From: Clostridia bacterium
GTDB lineage: Bacteria > Bacillota > Clostridia > TANB77 > RGIG9151
Length of the DNA: 64,000 nt
Direction of reading: 5' to 3'
Assembly: GCA_017934955.1 (NCBI GenBank)
Contig: JAGBIO010000024.1
Span: 14,550-78,549 of the forward strand
The translations under genes were made by a program, and so were the position numbers. The notes beneath the pieces were generated by a model. The model ran no database searches. It worked only from the letters and a program-made list of their open reading frames with translations, and was not told where the DNA came from. Below, one piece after another: positions 46,113-54,796 of this stretch. Position 1 is the stretch's first letter, and the number at the start of each line of letters is the position of its first letter.

Positions 46113-46400
46113 TAAAGAAAAGTGTTTTGCGTAGGTTACAGGTCAGACTCAACCTTTATATGTACCTTAAATGTTTCTCAATCTATTGTAGGGACAGCAT
46201 TTATGCTGTCCTGCTTTTCCGCCTTTTCTGCGGACAGCATGGCACTCAAAGCTTCCCAAGAACGTAGTGATTGGCTGGTTTCGACTGCGCCGCGAGTTGC
46301 GTAGCAACATTCCTTTCGCGTGAGTGTGCTTCCCCGCAGAGCGTTTTTAGTTGTATAGGAAAATCAAAGATTTTGCCTATATAACTAAAAACACTGTCAA
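46113..46400. repeat. Copy 3 of the ~140-bp composite repeat (family E), interrupted by a degenerate MITE-like family-A REPIN
   Basis: AAAAGTGTTTTGCG at 46113-46126 and TGCGCCGCGAGTTGCGTAGCAACATTCC...TGTATAGGAAAATCAAAGATTTTGCCTATATAAC at 46290-46400 match the ends of copy 1. Between them lies TAGGTTACAGGTCAGACTCAACC...ATTGTAGGGACAGCATTTATGCTGTCC...GCGGACAGCATG|GCACTC, a MITE left end plus a truncated second hairpin. Confidence 0.7.
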
Positions 46401-46428
46401 AACTTTTGTTCCAACAGTGTTCTTCCTC

Positions 46429-47796
46429 TTACTTCCTCGAAAAGAAAAATCCACGTTTCTTCGGCTTCTCTTCCTGTCCTCGTGTCGTCACCATATCCGC
46501 AAAAGAAACCAGCGTCAAATCCTCTCTCTCTAAAGCAATTCTCTTCAATTCCTCCGTAAAACCGGTTCGGGAAAATAAATAATAATATCGATCAATCAAA
46601 TCCACATGTTCTGCTTTTTTCACCAACTTTTCAAACTCTTCTCTTCCCACCGGTTCATTTTTCCAGAAGCAATCGCCGACAATTGCTTCCAAACCGTTTC
46701 CTGCTACGATATCAATCAGATAATCTTTATCCCACCAAACATTGTTTTCCTTGATTTCCGTCTTTATTGTTCCCTCTTCCTTTTGCTTTTGAATATACTC
46801 ACGACAAAAACCGGGAAATTTTAATTGTAAATAACGATACAACTCACCGTATACCTTTGTATCATATACCCATTCCCCTTTATCCAAAACAATTTCCGTC
46901 ATATTCTCCGGCACAAAACAATACCAAAAATCTATTACCGGATTGGTAATCGCATACCGACTTTTTCTCGTATCCTTCCCAAACGTCGGTTTTATTTTTC
47001 TTAAAATATTTAATGATAATAACACTGTAGTATATTTATTACAAACGCCCGTAGGCAAAGCAACCTTCTCTGCAATCTCGTTTAATGTTGTATATCCCTT
47101 TGCAATCGCCTCTAAAATCAAATTATATACTTGTACTTCTCTAAGCTCATTTTTCAGAATTCTCTTCGGTTCCTCTAACAACTTTCCTTCCGCCGAGAAA
47201 AAATTTTCAATTAAATTTTGCTTCAAATCCTTTGAAAAATCCAGTCCGTCAATATACTTATCTCGCGTACCGAAAATCGCATAATACTTAAATTTATCTT
47301 CCGAAGGTAATGTTTTTTCATTCCATATAGAATAAAATCCAACAGATTTCGAAGAATGCCAAATATACTTTTCCAACTTACTTTCCGCTATTTTGCTTTC
47401 ATAAGAAGCACTCGAAGAAATACAAATCATAAGATTATTCGTATTCTTCAAGGCTTTTATAAGCTTCTCCAACTCTGTAAAATCATCCGCCTCAAATAAA
47501 AACTCGGAATGATAAAAAATCCAAACAATCTTTTCTGAAACCGCCTGTTTTTCTATATATTCTAAAACCGTCTCGATGGTAACTTCCTGCACATCCTCTT
47601 TCTTATTTTCAAAAAACAGCACTAATTCCTTATACAATCTTATCCAATTATTCTTTTTTCCAAACTCTGTCGCCGAAAAGAAAAAAGCTCTTTTATTCGC
47701 AATAAAAGTTTTCACTTTAGCAATTAAATTTTCCCCTGCCTCTTCCTTACAAAAAAGAAAAGAAAAAGCATCTGCATCATACTCTTTCTGAAACAT
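46429..47796 (-). CDS. DUF234-type (archaeal-ATPase-like) protein with a degenerate or absent Walker A
   Basis: 455 aa. The C-terminal region (NEIAEKVALPTGVCNKYTTVLLSLNILRKIKPTFGKDTRKSRYAITNPVIDFWYCFV) matches the DUF234 wHTH and FW motif. The N-terminal half is the right size for the AAA domain but lacks the GxxxxGKT P-loop. Confidence 0.5.
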   Translation of the reverse strand: MFQKEYDADAFSFLFCKEEAGENLIAKVKTFIANKRAFFFSATEFGKKNNWIRLYKELVLFFENKKEDVQEVTIETVLEYIEKQAVSEKIVWIFYHSEFLFEADDFTELEKLIKALKNTNNLMICISSSASYESKIAESKLEKYIWHSSKSVGFYSIWNEKTLPSEDKFKYYAIFGTRDKYIDGLDFSKDLKQNLIENFFSAEGKLLEEPKRILKNELREVQVYNLILEAIAKGYTTLNEIAEKVALPTGVCNKYTTVLLSLNILRKIKPTFGKDTRKSRYAITNPVIDFWYCFVPENMTEIVLDKGEWVYDTKVYGELYRYLQLKFPGFCREYIQKQKEEGTIKTEIKENNVWWDKDYLIDIVAGNGLEAIVGDCFWKNEPVGREEFEKLVKKAEHVDLIDRYYYLFSRTGFTEELKRIALEREDLTLVSFADMVTTRGQEEKPKKRGFFFSRK

Positions 47797-47927
47797 ATTT
47801 TTCTCCTCCGTTTAATAAACTTTCAAGTATATTCTATTAAATTATTCTGATATTGTCAATCTTGCCATTTATTCTATACTATGTTAAGATTTCATTAACG
47901 ATTTATCATTAATAGGAGGTAATTAAT

Positions 47928-49064
47928 ATGCCATTCAATACTAAAAGCGAAATACCAAAAAAATTTTTTCAACAAATATTACTACTCATCACCTTCACTG
48001 CCATACTTGTATTCGCACTTTTTCACCTCGCCCCGATTTTCTCCGCCATTACAGCATTTTTTCAATTAATCAGTCCCGTTTTAATTGGCTTTGCCATTGC
48101 TTTTGTACTCAATTTGTTAGTAAAATTTTTTGAAAATAAAGTATTTGTTTCAAAGAAAACAAAAAAGACCTTTATCAAACGCCCGCTTTCTATCTTACTG
48201 GCGATTATGGTAATCTTAGTAATTATTACGATTTTAGTCTTTCTCCTCTACCCGCAAATTAAAAGTTCCGTACTTCTCTTCACAACAAATGCACCAAATT
48301 ACATTAATACCTTGTATAGTAAAATAAACGGATTTTTAGAAGGTTTTCCTACCGCTAAAACCATTTTCTCCGAAAATTGGGATAAATTCTTACTAAACTC
48401 TGCCACATTTTTAACAAACTTGATTTCCTCCTTATTCACCATGACCATCCATCTTACTTCCGGCATTATCACGGTCTTTATCAGTATCATTTTTTCTATT
48501 TATCTTTTAGCCGGAAAAGAAAAACTGATCGTGTCCTTAAAAAAATGTTTATTTGCATTCCTCTCTGAAGAAAAAGCAGAGAAGATAATTTATGTAGGGT
48601 CTCTAATCAACGATACCTTCTCAAAATTTGTATCGGGACAAATCATAGAAGCGGTTATTCTCGGATCGCTTTGTTTCATCGGAATGTTACTATTCCGCTT
48701 TGACTATGCAATATTAATCAGTACCATCATCGGATTAACAGCCTTAATTCCGATTTTCGGAGCTTTTATCGGTGCCGGAATCGGTGCCTTTATCCTGCTT
48801 CTGATCTCACCGTTATCCAGTCTCTGCTTTTTAATCTTCATCATCGTCCTGCAGCAAATTGAAGGAAATGTCATTTATCCGAAAGTAGTCGGAACCTCTA
48901 TCGGTCTATCCGGCTTCTGGGTACTGATTGCCATCACCGTTTTTGGTGGCTTGTACGGCATCCCCGGTATCCTACTTGGCATTCCGCTGTTTTCTGTTTT
49001 TTCCACATTATTCACAAGAGCTGTGGATAAAAAAATCCAATCAAAGAATATAAATATCCACTAA
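47928..49064 (+). CDS. AI-2E family transporter (UPF0118 / PerM-YtvI-like permease)
   Basis: 378 aa with 8 predicted TM helices and the conserved IEGNVIYPKVVG loop motif. Confidence 0.7.
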   Translation: MPFNTKSEIPKKFFQQILLLITFTAILVFALFHLAPIFSAITAFFQLISPVLIGFAIAFVLNLLVKFFENKVFVSKKTKKTFIKRPLSILLAIMVILVIITILVFLLYPQIKSSVLLFTTNAPNYINTLYSKINGFLEGFPTAKTIFSENWDKFLLNSATFLTNLISSLFTMTIHLTSGIITVFISIIFSIYLLAGKEKLIVSLKKCLFAFLSEEKAEKIIYVGSLINDTFSKFVSGQIIEAVILGSLCFIGMLLFRFDYAILISTIIGLTALIPIFGAFIGAGIGAFILLLISPLSSLCFLIFIIVLQQIEGNVIYPKVVGTSIGLSGFWVLIAITVFGGLYGIPGILLGIPLFSVFSTLFTRAVDKKIQSKNINIH

Positions 49065-49158
49065 CTATCAACATCTTAACAACATTTTATCCACAGTTTT
49101 TGTGTATAACTCACAAAAAACTGTGGATAACTTTAGTTTTACCCTAAATTTATCCACA
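49022..49158. promoter_or_regulatory. DnaA-box cluster with four perfect TTATCCACA 9-mers, ~10 kb from dnaA
   Basis: TGTGGATAA at 49022-49030 (inside the 3' end of the transporter gene), TTATCCACA at 49087-49095, TGTGGATAA at 49122-49130 and TTATCCACA at 49150-49158, plus ATATCCACT at 49053-49061. It lies between the convergent 3' ends of two genes. Confidence 0.75.
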
Positions 49159-49230
49159 AGCGATTTTCCCCAATATTCAAACTCCAAGGAAATTTCCACA
49201 GTTCGAAAATCCGTTCTGTTGCAACAATAT

Positions 49231-50316
49231 TCACACTTTTTCACTTAACAAAACCTTTACTTCCATCAATTCTTCTCCACGCTTTACTTGAAACGTTACA
49301 ATCTCTCCGATTTCTCTTGCAAACAGAAGTTCTCTTAATTTGCACAATGTATTAATTTCTTGCTCATTCATTGTCAATAAAATATCCCCGCTTTTTATGC
49401 CGCTTTTTTCCGCAGGACTGTTTTTATCCACAGAGTCCACATAAATTCCCTTAGCAACATAAATCTCCGACGCCATATTCGCCGTCATCTCTCTATCATA
49501 TCCTGCAATTCCGAAATAAGGTTCTTTAAAGCTTCCGTTTTCTATAATCTTCGCAATAATCGGTTTAATCTGATTGATTGGAATCGCAAATCCCATTCCC
49601 TCCGCCGATTCTACCTTAATTGTATTAATCCCTATCAATTCACCCTTTCCGTTAAATAACGGTCCTCCGCTATTTCCGGTATTAATACTCGCATCTGTTT
49701 GAATCAAATCCTCCATAAAGATACCATTCGAGGAAACGGTACGATTCAAACCACTAATCACACCGGCTGTCACCGTTCGCTGAAACTCAAAACCCAACGG
49801 ATTTCCAACTGCAATTGCCCGTTCTCCGACACGAACTGCGTCCGAATCCCCAAGCGTCATACTCGGAAGTCCCGCCACAGGAATTTTAATCACAGCCAAA
49901 TCCAACTCAGGACTTTCCCAAATCATTTTTCCGGTTACTACATCTCCGCCATACAGCGTCACATAAATCTCATCCGTCTCTCTTCCGATTACGTGATAAT
50001 TTGTCACAATGTATCCTCTCGAATTCAGGATACATCCGCTTCCTACGCTCCAAATATTATCCAAAACCGCCGCTAATTTACTCCCCGAATTTTGTTTCAC
50101 CGCAATCCCGACAACAGAAGCAGTAGAAATAACCGTATTTCCAGGATTCTCTCCTTCAACTTCAATCTGCGAAAGTTGCTTCGTCTCCCCCGACAACTGT
50201 GTCAAATCCGAATCCACCTTTGGCTGCACCGGTTTAATCCAACTATCCACACCAACCAAAATCAAAAACATCATAACAACCGTCGTAATTGCTGAAATCA
50301 AAACATTTTTCCCCAT
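49231..50316 (-). CDS. htrA: HtrA/DegP-family serine protease with a C-terminal PDZ domain, membrane-anchored
   Basis: N-terminal TM helix and catalytic triad motifs (TNYHVIG, DLAVIKI, GNSGGPLFN), with a PDZ-like C-terminus. The start is placed at the Met with the AAGGATGG RBS, because the longer ORF-track call runs into REP hairpins. Confidence 0.85.
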   Translation of the reverse strand: MGKNVLISAITTVVMMFLILVGVDSWIKPVQPKVDSDLTQLSGETKQLSQIEVEGENPGNTVISTASVVGIAVKQNSGSKLAAVLDNIWSVGSGCILNSRGYIVTNYHVIGRETDEIYVTLYGGDVVTGKMIWESPELDLAVIKIPVAGLPSMTLGDSDAVRVGERAIAVGNPLGFEFQRTVTAGVISGLNRTVSSNGIFMEDLIQTDASINTGNSGGPLFNGKGELIGINTIKVESAEGMGFAIPINQIKPIIAKIIENGSFKEPYFGIAGYDREMTANMASEIYVAKGIYVDSVDKNSPAEKSGIKSGDILLTMNEQEINTLCKLRELLFAREIGEIVTFQVKRGEELMEVKVLLSEKV

Positions 50317-50339
50317 ACGCACCATCCTTATTAAATTCG

Positions 50340-50476
50340 CAGAATGTGGTTTGTAGGGACACAATTTATTGTGTCCTAATTCTAAGCATCTGCCTATTTC
50401 CGGACACAATAAATTGTGTCCCTACAGTGTTTGTGCCGTCATTGTAGGGGACGGTGTCCTCGACGTCCCGATATAT
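50340..50476. repeat. Family-B REPIN (inverted doublet) plus a family-C REP hairpin
   Basis: TTGTAGGGACACAATTTATTGTGTCC (50351-50376) and CGGACACAATAAATTGTGTCCCTACAG (50401-50427) are in inverted orientation, followed by ATTGTAGGGGACGGTGTCCTCGACGTCCCG (50441-50470). Confidence 0.8.
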
Positions 50477-50597
50477 TTGCAACAATTTTAGACTGCCTAA
50501 TATCACTTATTCCACGAAATCACAAATTAGTATGGCTTTTTTTCAAAAAATAATGTATACTATAGATATCTATATTGTGAAAGGGCGTTGATAAAAA

Positions 50598-50693
50598 ATG
50601 AACACAGCCTTAATCAAAAAAATTCTGATGTACCTTGCCTACTTTGCTTTACTCTATTTTCCGATTAAGATATTTATCTCTTTATTTGTATAA
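50598..50693 (+). CDS. Candidate small hydrophobic peptide (31 aa)
   Basis: ATG then MNTALIKKILMYLAYFALLYFPIKIFISLFV, a single predicted TM helix with a Lys-rich N-terminus. A strong terminator follows 13 nt downstream. It is not in the ORF track because it is under 60 aa. Confidence 0.3.
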   Translation: MNTALIKKILMYLAYFALLYFPIKIFISLFV

Positions 50694-50705
50694 TTTATTT
50701 GAAAA

Positions 50706-50748
50706 CAAAATGAAACGCAGATGTATCCTGCGTTTCATTTTTTATCTT
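50706..50748. terminator. Rho-independent terminator (bidirectional: A-run / hairpin / T-run)
   Basis: AAAATGAAACGCAGgatgtatcCTGCGTTTCATTTTTT, an 11-bp perfect stem. Confidence 0.55.
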
Positions 50749-50758
50749 TTTCTTTACA

Positions 50759-50965
50759 TTAACACCGAAAACGTTCATATCGATTCACACAAGAGCAACA
50801 ACGACAACACCTCGTCATATCCCGCAACAACCAAAACAATAACGGAGTCACCATATCACAACAATCATTTCCGCAACAACAGGAATTACAACACCTGTTA
50901 CAACCGCGACAACAACAATTTCCGCATCCTCTGCAACAACAAGAATTCCAACAACGATTCCACAT
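50759..50965 (-). CDS. Candidate Cys-rich small ORF (68 aa, 23 Cys) within a CAA/AAC low-complexity region; possibly not a real gene
   Basis: Minus-strand translation is MWNRCWNSCCCRGCGNCCCRGCNRCCNSCCCGNDCCDMVTPLLFWLLRDMTRCCRCCSCVNRYERFRC. Frames on both strands are open because of the (CAACAA)n-like composition, so the coding call is weak. Confidence 0.2.
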   Translation of the reverse strand: MWNRCWNSCCCRGCGNCCCRGCNRCCNSCCCGNDCCDMVTPLLFWLLRDMTRCCRCCSCVNRYERFRC

Positions 50966-50993
50966 AAACTCGCCCCTACACCATAATATGTAA

Positions 50994-51128
50994 AAAGGTC
51001 ATAAAAGGTTCTAACTATCAGGCCATAAAAGGTTCTAACTATCAGGCCATAAAAGGTTCTAACTATCAGGCCATAAAAGGTTCTAACTATCAGGCCATAA
51101 AAGGTTCTAACTATCAGGCCATAAAAGT
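50994..51128. repeat. Perfect 24-bp tandem repeat, 5 full copies plus partial units (unit CCATAAAAGGTTCTAACTATCAGG)
   Basis: Five identical 24-mers start at 51006, 51030, 51054, 51078 and 51102, with partial units at both ends. The array is immediately followed by the hydrogenase operon terminator hairpin. Confidence 0.9.
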
Positions 51129-51153
51129 GCGGACCTTTTTCAAGGTCCGCACT
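51119..51153 (-). terminator. Rho-independent terminator of the hydCBA operon
   Basis: On the minus strand, AGTGCGGACCTTGAAAAAGGTCCGCACT is followed by TTTTAT, 8 nt after the hydA stop. Confidence 0.55.
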
Positions 51154-51160
51154 CCAAACT

Positions 51161-52888
51161 CTATCGTTCCGTATAATGCGTATGCAACAAATGATGTGCC
51201 TTCTCACTACCCGGCTTTTCCAAATATTCTTCATAAACCTGTTTCACGTAAGGATTTTGATGCGATTTACGATGAGGAAGTCTCTTATCCTCATTATAAA
51301 GAGCCTTTCTTCTCTCTCCCCTAACATCAATTCCCGCTTTCTCTTTTACAATCTTTCTCGGCTGACCGCCACCCATAATACAACCACCCGGGCAAGCCAT
51401 CACCTCAATAAATTGATAATCAACCTTTCCGTCTCTCACAAGTTCCATCAACTTTCTCGCATTTCCGAGACCGCTTACAACCGCAATCTTCACTTTCTGT
51501 CCGGCAATGGAAAGTTCCGCCTCTTTAATCGTCTCATTTCCTCTAACTTCTTCATACTCAATCTTATCAATTGACTTATTCTCTAAAACTTCTGTAACGG
51601 TACGAATTGCCGCTTCCATAACACCTCCGGAAGTACCGAAAATCGTCGCCGCACCACTTGCTTCTCCAAAAGGTTCATCAAACATTTCGTCTTCCAAATT
51701 CTCAAACATGATACCCGACTGCTTAATCATCTTCGCAAGCTCAACCGTCGTAATAACCGCGTCTATATCCGGATACCCTGTTGCACTTAACTCCGGACGC
51801 TCGCACTCAAACTTCTTCGCCGTACAAGGCATCACTGCCACAACAAAAATCTTAGAAGGATCGATATTATTCTTCTTTGCGTAGTAGCTCTTAAGCAAAG
51901 CCCCATACATCGACATCGGAGATTTCGCCGAAGACAAATTCGGAATCAATTCCGGGAAATTATGCTCGGCAAACTTTACCCATCCCGGACTGCAAGAAGT
52001 AATCAAAGGTAAATTTTTACCGGATTTTAATCTCTCGATAAACTCCGTACCTTCCTCCATAATAGTAAAATCAGCCCCGGTATTCGTATCAAACACTTTA
52101 TCAAAGCCCATTCTTCTTAATGCTGCCACCATCTTTCCGGTAACTGCTTCTCCCATCGGTAATCCAAACTCTTCTCCCAAAGCCGCTCTTACGGCAGGAG
52201 CCGTCTGCACAACAACGTGCATTTCCTCGTTATTAATCGCATCCCAAACACGATCAATATTATACTTAATGGTAAGTGCTCCAACCGGACAAACCGCAAC
52301 ACACTGACCACAATTAATACAATTACTTTCTCCAAGCGATTTATTAAACGCCGGCGTAATCTTAGAATTCATTCCGCGATAAGCCACATCAATCGCACCA
52401 ACCGTCTGTACATTCTTACAAACCGCAACACATCTTCTGCAAAGAACACATTTTGAATTATCTCTTACAATCGAAGTAGACAAATCATCAATTTCATCCT
52501 CCGCCGTTCCTTCATATACCACATCGCCGACACCCATACGATCCGCCAAAGCTTGTAACTCACAATCGGTATTTCTCGAACAACTCAAACAATTCTTCTT
52601 ATGATTCGATAAAATCAACTCTAATGTCGAACGCCTTGCATCCATAATCTCCTTGGTATTGGTTCTTACCACAAGACCTTCCGAAACAGGATAAGAACAA
52701 GCCGCCTGAAGTCCACGCGCCCCTTTCACTTCAACCAAACAAATACGGCAAGCGCCAATCTTATTAATCTTCTTCAAATAACACAAAGTCGGTATATCAA
52801 TATTCGCTTGTTTCGCAGCTTCCAACACCGTTAAATTATCTTCCGCTTCTATATTTACACCATCAATCGTAATATTCACTTTTCCCAT
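51161..52888 (-). CDS. hydA: [FeFe]-hydrogenase catalytic subunit HydA (bifurcating type, with N-terminal 2Fe-2S and 4Fe-4S accessory clusters)
   Basis: 575 aa with H-cluster motifs L1 TSCSPGW, L2 MPCTAKKFE and L3 EVMACPGGCIMGGGQP. The N-terminus has a plant-type ferredoxin fold plus two 4Fe-4S CxxCxxCxxxCP motifs. Confidence 0.9.
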   Translation of the reverse strand: MGKVNITIDGVNIEAEDNLTVLEAAKQANIDIPTLCYLKKINKIGACRICLVEVKGARGLQAACSYPVSEGLVVRTNTKEIMDARRSTLELILSNHKKNCLSCSRNTDCELQALADRMGVGDVVYEGTAEDEIDDLSTSIVRDNSKCVLCRRCVAVCKNVQTVGAIDVAYRGMNSKITPAFNKSLGESNCINCGQCVAVCPVGALTIKYNIDRVWDAINNEEMHVVVQTAPAVRAALGEEFGLPMGEAVTGKMVAALRRMGFDKVFDTNTGADFTIMEEGTEFIERLKSGKNLPLITSCSPGWVKFAEHNFPELIPNLSSAKSPMSMYGALLKSYYAKKNNIDPSKIFVVAVMPCTAKKFECERPELSATGYPDIDAVITTVELAKMIKQSGIMFENLEDEMFDEPFGEASGAATIFGTSGGVMEAAIRTVTEVLENKSIDKIEYEEVRGNETIKEAELSIAGQKVKIAVVSGLGNARKLMELVRDGKVDYQFIEVMACPGGCIMGGGQPRKIVKEKAGIDVRGERRKALYNEDKRLPHRKSHQNPYVKQVYEEYLEKPGSEKAHHLLHTHYTER

Positions 52889-52902
52889 TCTTTTTCCCCC
52901 CT

Positions 52903-54780
52903 TTATTTCTTTTCTATCGCTTTAAACGGACACTTCTGCATACACAATCCGCACTTAATACACTTCTGAGGATCAATCTTAAACGGTGATTTTACTTCAC
53001 CCGAAATAGCAGAAACCGGACAATTTCTTGCACACATACTGCAACCCTTACATTTTTCTTCGTTAATTTTATACTGTACGAGATTCTTACAAGCACCGGC
53101 AGGACATCTCTTCTCCTTAATATGTGCCTCATATTCCTCTCTAAAGTACTTAATAGTGCTCAACACCGGATTTGGAGCAGTTTGACCCAATCCGCATAAC
53201 GCTGATTTCTTAATATTTTGCGCTAATTCCTCTAATTTTTCAATATCCCCTTCTTCACCCAATCCTTTTGTAATGCGATCTAAGATATCATACATCTTCT
53301 TCGTTCCGATTCGGCAAGGAGGGCATTTTCCGCAAGACTCACTAATGGTAAACTCCAGGAAGAATTTTGCGATATCAACCATACAGTTATCTTCATCCAT
53401 AACAATTAGTCCACCGGACCCCATCATAGAGCCGATTTGCATCAAAGAATCATAATCAATCGGCGTATCCAAGTGACTCGCCGGAATACATCCGCCGGAA
53501 GGTCCGCCTGTCTGAGCCGCCTTAAACGCTTTCCCGTTCGGAATTCCGCCACCGATGTCATATACGATTTCTCTTAACGTAATTCCCATCGGAACTTCCA
53601 CTAAACCGGTATTATTGATTTTTCCGCCAACCGCAAACACCTTTGTACCGGTACTCTTCTCCGTACCAATGGAAGAAAACCACTCTGCACCCTTCAAAAT
53701 AATTTCCGGAATATTTGCTAACGTTTCTACGTTATTCAAAATTGTCGGTTTTCCAAAAAGTCCCTTCACCGCAGGGAACGGCGGTCTTGTACGAGGTTCT
53801 CCTCTTTTTCCTTCAATCGAAGTCATTAAAGCGGTTTCCTCTCCACAAACAAACGCTCCCGCCCCTAAACGAATATCAATATTAAACTCAAAATCCGTAC
53901 CGAAAATATTACTTCCCAACACACCATATTCTTTTGCCTGTGCAATCGCAATTTTTAAACGGTTTACAGCAATCGGATATTCTGCTCTAACATAGATGTA
54001 TCCTTGATTTGAGCCAATCGCATATCCCGCAATTGCCATCGCTTCCAATACCGAATGCGGATCTCCTTCCAAGACACTACGATCCATAAACGCTCCCGGA
54101 TCGCCTTCGTCTGCATTACAGCAAACATATTTTTGATCCGCTTCCACATTTGCCGCAAAAGCCCACTTTCTTCCCGTCGGGAATCCGGCGCCTCCTCTTC
54201 CTCTAATACCGGACTTCAAAACGGTATCAATAACCTCACTTGGTGTCATCTCTAACAAAACTTTCTCTAAAGCTTTATAACCGTCAAACGCCAAATATTC
54301 ATCAATATTCTCCGGATTAATTCTTCCGCAATTGCGAAGTGCCAAACGATGTTGTTTCTTATAAAATCCAAGTTCATGTAACGTATGTGCCAAAGTTTCC
54401 GTCTCGATATCCTTCGCCAATAAACGTTCTACCACATTTCCCTTTTCAATATCCTCCGTTAAGATTTCCTCTACATCCTCCGGTTTCACCATTGTATAAA
54501 AGGTTTCTCTCGGATAAATAATCATAATCGGACCCTTCGCACAAAGACCGAAACAACCGGTTTTGATAACTTCCGCTTTATCCTCTAAATGTCTTTCACG
54601 AATTCCTTTTTCCAATTCTTCTACAATTTTCGGAGATTTCGAAGAAGTACATCCCGTACCGCCACAAACCAAAATACTCTTTTTCTCTGTTTTTGATTCC
54701 ACTCCCACACGCGTTTTTACTTTCTCATATACGCTTTTTCGAATTTCATCCAATTCTTTTATCGTTTTCAAATCTCTCAA
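52903..54780 (-). CDS. hydB: Hydrogenase NAD(P)H/FMN-binding subunit HydB (NuoF-like 51 kDa, with N-terminal thioredoxin-like 2Fe-2S and C-terminal 2x[4Fe-4S])
   Basis: 625 aa with a NuoF FMN/NADH core (GAGAFVCGEETAL, SCGKCPPCR) and C-terminal ferredoxin motifs (CKGCSMCARNCP, CIKCGLCMQKCP). Confidence 0.85.
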   Translation of the reverse strand: MRDLKTIKELDEIRKSVYEKVKTRVGVESKTEKKSILVCGGTGCTSSKSPKIVEELEKGIRERHLEDKAEVIKTGCFGLCAKGPIMIIYPRETFYTMVKPEDVEEILTEDIEKGNVVERLLAKDIETETLAHTLHELGFYKKQHRLALRNCGRINPENIDEYLAFDGYKALEKVLLEMTPSEVIDTVLKSGIRGRGGAGFPTGRKWAFAANVEADQKYVCCNADEGDPGAFMDRSVLEGDPHSVLEAMAIAGYAIGSNQGYIYVRAEYPIAVNRLKIAIAQAKEYGVLGSNIFGTDFEFNIDIRLGAGAFVCGEETALMTSIEGKRGEPRTRPPFPAVKGLFGKPTILNNVETLANIPEIILKGAEWFSSIGTEKSTGTKVFAVGGKINNTGLVEVPMGITLREIVYDIGGGIPNGKAFKAAQTGGPSGGCIPASHLDTPIDYDSLMQIGSMMGSGGLIVMDEDNCMVDIAKFFLEFTISESCGKCPPCRIGTKKMYDILDRITKGLGEEGDIEKLEELAQNIKKSALCGLGQTAPNPVLSTIKYFREEYEAHIKEKRCPAGACKNLVQYKINEEKCKGCSMCARNCPVSAISGEVKSPFKIDPQKCIKCGLCMQKCPFKAIEKK

Positions 54781-54796
54781 CTCCTTCTTTTCTCGA

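Noticed and set aside
50848-51234. 128-aa ORF with five FYGLIVRT repeats
   Set aside because: It is simply the 24-bp tandem DNA repeat read in frame. It also begins inside the 3' end of hydA on the same strand, so it is not a plausible gene.
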